From NCBI RefSeq assembly GCF_002571385.2, contig NW_019218144.1:104073-167484 (forward strand): DNA of 63,412 nucleotides. The letters are read 5' to 3'. Each line of letters starts with the position of its first letter. The first letter of the stretch is position 1. The notes under the pieces were generated by a model. The model was not told the origin of the DNA. It worked only from the letters and a program-made list of their open reading frames with translations, and did not search any database. Positions 53,401-62,400 of the stretch are shown piece after piece. The stretch comes from Stylophora pistillata (Eukaryota). The translations under genes were made by a program, and so were the position numbers.

Positions 53401-56400
53401 GGGAAGGGCATCACAAGGACATATAGAGTGTTGTTAATTATCTTCTATACTTTAGTATGCAGATCTCGGGTGGATCTCGGTATTCTTATCGACGGTTCCA
53501 GAAGCGTCGGACGAAGGAACTTCAGAAAAGTTATTGACTTCTTGAGATCCTTGGTCAGCTTCTTCCCCCTGTCCACGCGACAAACACGAGTGGGTGTGAC
53601 GCTGTTCTCTTCTCGATCGAGACTCGTGTTTGGATTCAAAAGATATGGCTCAAGAGCGCAGATTGTAAGAGCCATCAACCGTATAAGGTTTGTGTAAGAC
53701 TGGTGTCATGTGATTTGTTCCACACTTTGCCTATTTCTTCATATTTTGAGTGGACGAAACTTTGTTCCGCGTGCCAAACTCTTTTTTCTTCAGCCAATAA
53801 AACTGTAACACTCCCTGGCGGAAATATCCAAGCTGCGATTTACCTTGTTCTTATCCTTGCCAGATATCTGCCAAGAGGACGTGGAAGCTATATTGGACGA
53901 GCTCTCAGATATGTCCGAGGTGCGCTGTTCCGAAGGCGCGTCATACGAGGGCGTAAACGCACCCTGCTTATATTATCCGACGGTGCTTCCTCGGATCGTG
54001 TTCGAGGACCTGCCTTGCGCCTTAAGAGAGAAGGTGTAGAGTTATTCGCACTGGGAATCGGCTCGCGGTTTAGCAGAAGTCAGCTTCAAATGATTGCTTC
54101 CAGTCCTCTTAATGTTTTTACGGCTGGATTTAGTCGGCTTGGTAAAGTTATTCAGGCCATCAAAGAGAAAGTGTGTCGCCCTAGACGACCAACACCTACA
54201 CGTGAGTTTATCACCGTGTGATACTGAGTCCTCTGACTTTCCTAAGGGTTATTGAGTTTCCACATTGATCGCCATGAACTCATGTTTTTTTTTTTTTCTG
54301 TTACGAATAGCTCAGAGAATTCGGCGCAAATTATGACAATTGGGAAATTTTCATTTCGCTCAAGACTTCAATCCTGGGCCTAAGTGATAAGTAGTGGGAA
54401 GTACACAAACCCTTCAAAACGAAACAAATTTCAGAAAGTTTGGAAGATAATCTCTTGTTTCTTTTCTTTCGGTTTTTGTTTCTTTTTATGTTGGCTATTT
54501 TTTGTTTGAACTTTTGACTTTCCGTTATGTTCTATTATTAGTTTTAAATTGAAGCTTAAGACGTTTCTTTTTAACGAAGCATTTTGTAATTGATAAAGTT
54601 TTTATAGTTATTTATTCATTGTTAAGGTTTCAAATAGAACATTTCAAGTAATAATTAGTTATATGTTATATATCTTATTTATTATGAATCACATTTATTG
54701 TTATTTTGTTTTCCAATTATCATTATTATTATTTTTATTTTATCTTTAGTTTGTTGTAATTATTATGTTACGGTGCATTTGAATATATATACATAGAATT
54801 TGCGCCTTAGAAGTCAATAAATTATCATTATTATTATTATTATGAATTGCTCGAATACCTAACCGTCCAACCAGACAATTGAATTTATATTTCCCAACTT
54901 ATGATCTTTATGTCACTCTGAAAGAATTATTGGTGTACTTATCATGATCTGGCATGAGTACTCGGCTAATTGTAAATTATTTTTCTTTTGCAGCTACTGT
55001 ACCAACGCCGACGAGTAAGTGTATCATAATTACTGCCAGAGTTGCGGTTACGCTACTGTTTTGAGCAATCCAATGATACCTCGCCAAAAAACAAGTTCGA
55101 TCAGTTCTTTTCAAACTGCAAGACGTATTGAGACTGATTTATTGACTGATTGTTAACCTCAAAGGCTCACTCTTTGATTATAACACAATCCGTTTAGGAG
55201 ATGTAAGATTATATTAGAAGACGCTTTACTAAACCCAACAATAAGTTCATTTGCATAGAAACATTTCCTGCAATTGCAGGGTAATTTTCAATTAAGAGTC
55301 GGTAGTACTCAAAAATTGCATTGGTTTTGCTTTGATTCGCTCTGTAAATGGTTTAGAAAACTCGCCCCACCATCGAAATCAGTGATAGGCGAAGCTAAAA
55401 CCAATTACGATTTGTTCCCCTGCGTCTTCCCGCGCTTCAGGCATTTTGTTTGTGTTTTTTTCTAAAAGTTGTGAAATACCACAGAAGATAATTTTGTTCA
55501 TTCGAATGGCGGCTGTGATAAATTTGGTTTGAGGTTAAGAAACTTAATCGAAATGTGCTCCATGCGATGAATAGCAAAAGTAAAGTATAGCTATTTTACA
55601 GAACCACCCCGTGCCGTGGCACTGTATCCCCTGAACAGCAGAACCCAAGGACGAGACATCGGCCCCAGGAAAAATAAACCCGGGCGTCCCAGTCAAGTAC
55701 GTTTGGCCTCTGGACCAGACAAGTTTCCACGGGGATCCTTCTATTTCACCGGTCAGCGTGGTAGCTACATCTATTTCCCTAATAATGGTGGCATTGATAC
55801 CAGAAACTCAATTACTCTCCTAGCTTGGGTCCACCCTGAGAAAGGTGGTCCTATATTCCACTACAACCCGCGAGGCTCGGGCGTAAGCTTCTGGATCTTA
55901 AGGAAGAATACCTTGTATGTAAAGTTCGTTCGGCGCTCCGGTCGTGGGTCGTTTATTCTGAGAGCACAAGGTATTCGCCCGCGGATCTGGAACTATATTG
56001 CTGCAAGTTATGACTGTAAGACCGGGCTAGCTACCCTCTGGCGCGAGTCAACGCCCATTGCACAGAGAAATATCGGAAGAGGTTTGAGGCTCGCTACCAA
56101 TTATCCCGCGATTATGGGAAGTAGACCAGGATCTAGAACTCGTTTCCGTGGTCGGATTGCTTGTATGCAGGTGTTTGATGTGGCACTAACGGGACCTCAG
56201 ATGAACAAGCGACGTAATGTTTGTTTCAGAGGTGAGCACTACTGGATTTGACTCTCGGCTATTACGCTATACCATATCTGAAAAAAAAACTACACCACTT
56301 CGTACACCACAGGAATTCTATACGTTGATGAAAATTCGTTAAAAATATCGCTTCATTCTGCAAATTTGTGTGATAAAACTTCAAGTCTCTTCCAGAGAAT

Positions 56401-59400
56401 ACCATCTAAGCCCTGATCTTTTTGGTTCCTCATGGGATAATAGCCTAGCTCTCACAAATCGAAAGTGAAGAATTTTCACAAGTTTTTGTAAAAGAAGAGT
56501 TCCAAAAGCGTAAGTCATAAAAATTCCTCACTAGTTGCTTTAGTTTTTTACCGACCGTTATCATAAAGTTATACTAATTCAGGCGAGAGCGGAGACTGGG
56601 GCATTCTTTCGGTCAAGTTACTTATCTTTGAAGCCTAGTTTCGAGACATGCTCACGAAGAAAAAGTATTCATTGAGATATCTTGTTTTATATTTTCCAAT
56701 AGTTAAATTTTGAGCTCCCATGTGGCAATTATTCCAGTCAGTTGCGGATGTAGACTTCACCCTAAGACTTATTAGTCGGCCGAGCTTAAATCCCTGCAAT
56801 ATTCCACACTTTAAGCTGAGTCGATATGTTTGCTTTTAATTGCCACTATGTGATTTTTTTTATTTTAGGTGCTCCCCCACCAGAGCCGCCTCCTCCAGGT
56901 ACGTACTGGTTCTTCTTCAATGACACAAGTTAATTATTGAACTGTGTGACTTCTAGTATGGTCATTCAACACGTTAAACTTTGGGTTACAGATTTCATCT
57001 TCCTGATAAAAAGAGCTTAACGTTGGCAGGGAATAATGTCAAAAACGCTTTATATGAATGCATGATTTATTCTAACAAAGATATAGATATCGTGTGGCAA
57101 CCGAGGGTGATTTTCTGTCTTTCAGAGTTACCGCCTCTTGTAGCCATATTCACTCTGGATGGTGAAACAAAAACCAAAGATATCACTCGTAACAACCCGC
57201 CCGGTATCCCATCGCATGTCCGTCCAGCACCTGGACCCGACGGAAATCCCAAGGGATCAACTCAGTTCTTCGGATCGTCAAACAGTTATATCGAATTCCC
57301 AAACAATGGAAGGCTTGATACCAGGCGTTCTATGACCATCTTGGCTTGGATTTACCACAACGGGAGGTCTGGGCCTATCTTCAATTACGATCGGCGTGGT
57401 TTCGGAGTTCATCTATGGATGGTTGGACCCAGAGTACTTTTCGTTCGTTTTGTTAAACGCTCACGAGGGAGAACATCTTCAGTGGCGACCTACTCTACAA
57501 AACCGCGTTATAGAGCTTGGAACTACATCGGAGCCACTTACGATTACAACACCGGTGTCGCTACATTATGGCTGGACTCGAAACCTGTGGCGCGACAGAG
57601 CATCGGCCGCTTCGAGCTAGCCACGAATTATCCAATCAGGATGGGTGCGCGAATCGGCGATAAAAGGGCTTTCCGCGGTAAAATCTCCTGCGTGCAAGTG
57701 TATAGTATCGCTTTAAACGCGAAACAGATACGTGGAGCACGGAAGCGGTGTTTCAAGAAATGTAAGTTGATCTATGTTGATTGCCTGCTTTTAGAAAGCT
57801 ATGGTGATGCGTGCTCGTCGAAGTTTAATGCCTAATAAAGACAAGCAAAGGCATTCTTCACGTTGCAATTTACAGTTGAAAAGACTCAATATCGTAAGAC
57901 ACACGATGAAAACTTTGACTTAAGTTGTACCAAAATGGTTTGCACGTTTTCAAACGCCAATTATTTGATGAGTCGAATGGGCCACCAATTTTTTTTTCTT
58001 TTTTTTTTTTTTTTAAGTCAGCACACTCATAAAACAAAATATATCATTTTAGGCAAGGTTGTATTTATATAAGCACGATAAACAGAAAACTCATCTTTCA
58101 TCAAAACTATAATTAGCCTACTGGTTGTTCAAAAGAAGACAACAATTGATATAAGCTCAACGTGTAGGATCTGTTTTATTTTTTATAGGAACTTTTATTT
58201 TAGGGAGAACAGTTCTATCAAGTTTTGCCTGGGAATACTTGAAAAAAGATTCACAAACTGTTTATGAAATGAATGGAAAGCGTAATGAGATTTTTAATGC
58301 AGGCTAGCCCTTTTAACTTTGCGAAACAACAAAATGGTTACTTTTACGAGCAAGCTTTACCACTGTCATCGATTTTCGACATATTTTAGTACAGATCTAA
58401 TCAACAAATTGACAGTGGTTTAGCGTGGTCTGCACTCTTATCGACAACGATATTCTTCATCACAGTTGTTAAAATGTTGTGGACTCACGAGACGCAGCCA
58501 AGCTAAGCCACCGTGGATTTGTTTTTTACCACAACATCGGCGTCAAATAAAACTTTCAGTGCGTGACACGTTGCGTGACACGTTGACGAGAGAAGCGTTT
58601 TCTCTACTGTTATCGACAACGGAGAATTGGCCAATCAGATTGCGACAATATTGCCAATGGTGATGGAAAGGCCATTTTAATTTCCTTTATTTCTCGCTCA
58701 TATTTAGGGCCCATCACAAAGCCAACGCCTCCAGGTAAGTAGGTTTCAATGCTAAAAATAAATGTGTTAAACTCTGGATAATCACTGTGAAAGATATTGC
58801 TCAAGCACTCCAAAACCCGAGACTAAAATTGTTTAACTTCAGGAGAGGCGTCTTTTGCCACCGCTGATAAACGCTATAAAAAGTGACAGCTTTTTTGGAG
58901 GTTACGGAACTTTCCTCCTTTTATGCGGCGTCTTTTTAAGATTTTGTTTACATTGAGTTTAAGGTCGAAGTCAGAAATAAGGTGAGGCTTGCTATCTTAG
59001 ATATTGCATTTTTTGTGATAATCACTTTTGTCTCATTTTTCTTTTCAGTCGTAACTCCTACACGTCCTCTGCCAGAAAGTACGTTAAAGTCGTAATTTAT
59101 CATTTGTCATTTATTATTTATTTATTATTTATTATTTATTTGTTATTTATTATTTATTGTTTATCGTTTATTATTGGTAGTAGTATTGGAAGTAGCATTA
59201 CCGTTGGGCTTTGATTTAGAGCCTTTTTTATCTATGAAGCCGGCGTTACTTGTCTTTGCCAAGCGTTATCTCAATGATTTATCAAGTATGGCTTTGTGAA
59301 CTCGCAAAAATATTAGACCTGTTAATCGAACGAAAGTGTGATATCACACTGTTTATATCGGGCGTAAAATGTAATGTGTTTTGTCTTTCCTTTGTTTGTC

Positions 59401-62400
59401 GTATCTAGTGTGTAAGATTGGAATAGACCTCGGGTTCCTTGTCGATGGATCTGGAAGCATCGAATACCAAGGTAAGGGAAACTTTGCTCGTATACTAAAC
59501 CTCATTAAATCGTTGGTCAGCTTCTTTGAAGTGTCTAAAGGAAAGTCACGAATCGGTTTTGTGTTATTCTCTTCTCGACCGATCCCAATTTTTGGGTTCC
59601 GACGTTATTCGTCTAAAGTGCAAGTCCTTCGGGCGATCGATCAGGTTCGTTATCCTCGAGGGGGCACGCGCATCGGAAAAGCTTTACATTTTACCCGAAA
59701 CTACCTCTTCAAACGACGGATACCTCGGAGGAGAAAGCAGGTGCTGGTGTTGATCACTGATGGTATTTCACAAGACCGTGTTGGTCCAGCTGCAAGTCGC
59801 CTAAAGGCCACTGGCACTGAAGTGTTCGCAGTGGGTGTTGGAAAGAACTACAGGCGTAGACAGTTGCACCAGATAGCTACAGATCAGAAGCATGTACTGA
59901 CCACCTCATTTAGCATGCTAATGACAATTATACCGGGCATAAAGAACCAAGTGTGCCAGCGGCAAAAAGTTGGTGAGTACAGAAGATCTTTACTTCTCTT
60001 CTATACCAGGATCGTATTGTTTCATTAAAAAGAAAACAAGATAGCGGTAGAATTCAGGGCACTTTTGTTAATGATTTCATTTTAATGAAACTTTTGCGTG
60101 AAAAAAGTGCTAAAATCGTGCTTTCAAAAGATGATGATGTGGAGTGGCTTAAAGATGGCTGGTTGTATAGTTGCTCTGCATAAGTAGTTTCCTTTGAAAC
60201 TTGAAGAGGAAGGATGGGGAACTCACAGCAATAACTGTTTCAACATATGATTTAGGTTTACTATCTTATTTGTCTGAAAGAAATTATTTTCTATTTTCTT
60301 TTCCCAATCTTACTGTGGTAGAGATGATGTTATGACATTTGAAAACCATATCACTGTCTGGATAGCAAAAACACTCGCAGAAACACCACGCATCGAAAAT
60401 GCGTTAGGAATCATCTCTTCTCCACAACAATTCATTGCTACTTTGTGAATAAGGAGCTCATGAATATTGCACATTTTTTCACTCTGTCTTTCTTAACTCT
60501 CAGTACCCACCGTCCGCCCTATCAGCAAACCAACCACTACACAACGAGGTAACTATACAACTATTCTAAATCTCTTATATCGATTTCTTTTGTTCAATTA
60601 TTCCTGTGTAATTCTTTAAAGTCTGCTTCCTTATCTTCCTCAGCGTGTCTGATTTTATCAGCTAACTTCACCTTTTTTCTTAATATTGCTTGGCATAAAT
60701 AAAAAAATACAATGATTACGTGCTTTTAAACTTTTGCATTTACTCTCTCGCACCGATACTCACACTTTTAAACACAGCTTTGCGAATTCAGGATTTGCTT
60801 TTTTCTACTTAAACTTACAATTTCATTTTCTTTACATCCTATAGTGGAACTTCCCAGAACACTGGCTGTGTATCCGCTGGACTACATCAGGCGCGGACGA
60901 GACATCAGTCGTAATAGAAACCCATCAGCCAGATTTTATGGTGTCACATACAAACAAGGCCCTGATGGCAGACGGGGCGGTTCTTCACAATTTTACGGAA
61001 GATCAAGTAGCTACGTGGAGATTCCTAACAAAAGGAGACTAGACGCTAGATATTCCATCACTGTCTGTATTTGGGTATATCACGAGGGACGACGTGGTGT
61101 TATACTTAACTACAATCCAAACCGGAGAGGCTTCCAGCTGCGCATGATCAGTCCCAGAGTACTTCAAGTGATAATTGTTCGACGAATAAGAAGGACAACA
61201 ATAACGGTACAGACAAGAGGAAGAGCTATAAATTACAGGGCTTGGAGCTACATAGCTGTAACATATCACGAGCGAAGTCAAGTAGTGACCATTTGGGTAA
61301 ATTCCAAACCAGTTGTTAGACGAACAATTGGTAAAGTTCAGTTAGAAACCAGGAAGGCAATCAGACTCGGTGGACAGAGAGGCAGCAGGGAGTACTTCCG
61401 TGGTCGTCTGTTTTGTCTTCAGTTGTACAGTGTGGCGCTAAACAGGAAGCAGATTGAAGAGACTAAGAAACGATGCTTCAGGAAAGGTAATGCATCTTTC
61501 TTTAGTTTCCTCTTAATTTGAGTTTCTCCATTTTTAATCCCTTACATCAGCCAGTTCATTTGATTCAACATGAATTACCATTGGCTCGTTGTGTTTACCT
61601 GACATTTGATTTCATAACACTCAATCGAATGCTCTCTGATAGCTTAAGTTTTACTTAACTTTTGTCCTTTGTTTTAGTGCCCATCACAACTCCAACTCCG
61701 ACGCGTAAACCTACACCTGCTCCAAGAGGTAAGCCACAAATCCGTGACGTAATATGGTTTTTATCTCCTCGTACTAATCACACGACACCAGAACCTGTAT
61801 TGAAATTGAATAAACCGGCAACAATAGATACCTACGAAAAAAAACTTCTCTATTCCTGGGATCAAGACATCAATGATATATCAATGCAACATTATTTAGC
61901 TTAAACTCATGTCCGATCTTAACACAATGCAAAACTCGTCTAATTTGTTCAGGGTTTGCGATTACCTTGCGGTAAGTGACATAACTTTCTTAGCGAGATA
62001 ACATCTTTTGGTGCTCCGTATCCAAATGATTCCAAGAACATTCTGCCGTAGTGCAGTATTTTGAAAAAAATTACCTCTGGTCATTTTTTTTTTTATGCAC
62101 AGTTTGCACAGCCCGTGTTGACCTCGGCTTCCTTATTGATGCGAGCAGCTCTGGAAGGAGAAACATCCCCCGTATCGTTCAGTTTTTGAGGGAGACTGTT
62201 CGCCGGTTTACCATCACGAGTAGAGCGGCACGTATAGGGGTGATAACATATGCATCTCGTCCCAGTCGAATTATTGGATTTTCGAGATACACTCGTGGTC
62301 AAATTTATAATGCCTTTAGAAGAATTGGTGTTGTTGGACGCGGAAGGTATCTAGGTAGGGCATTGGCATATACCAGACGTTACCTATTTGGAGGAAAACC

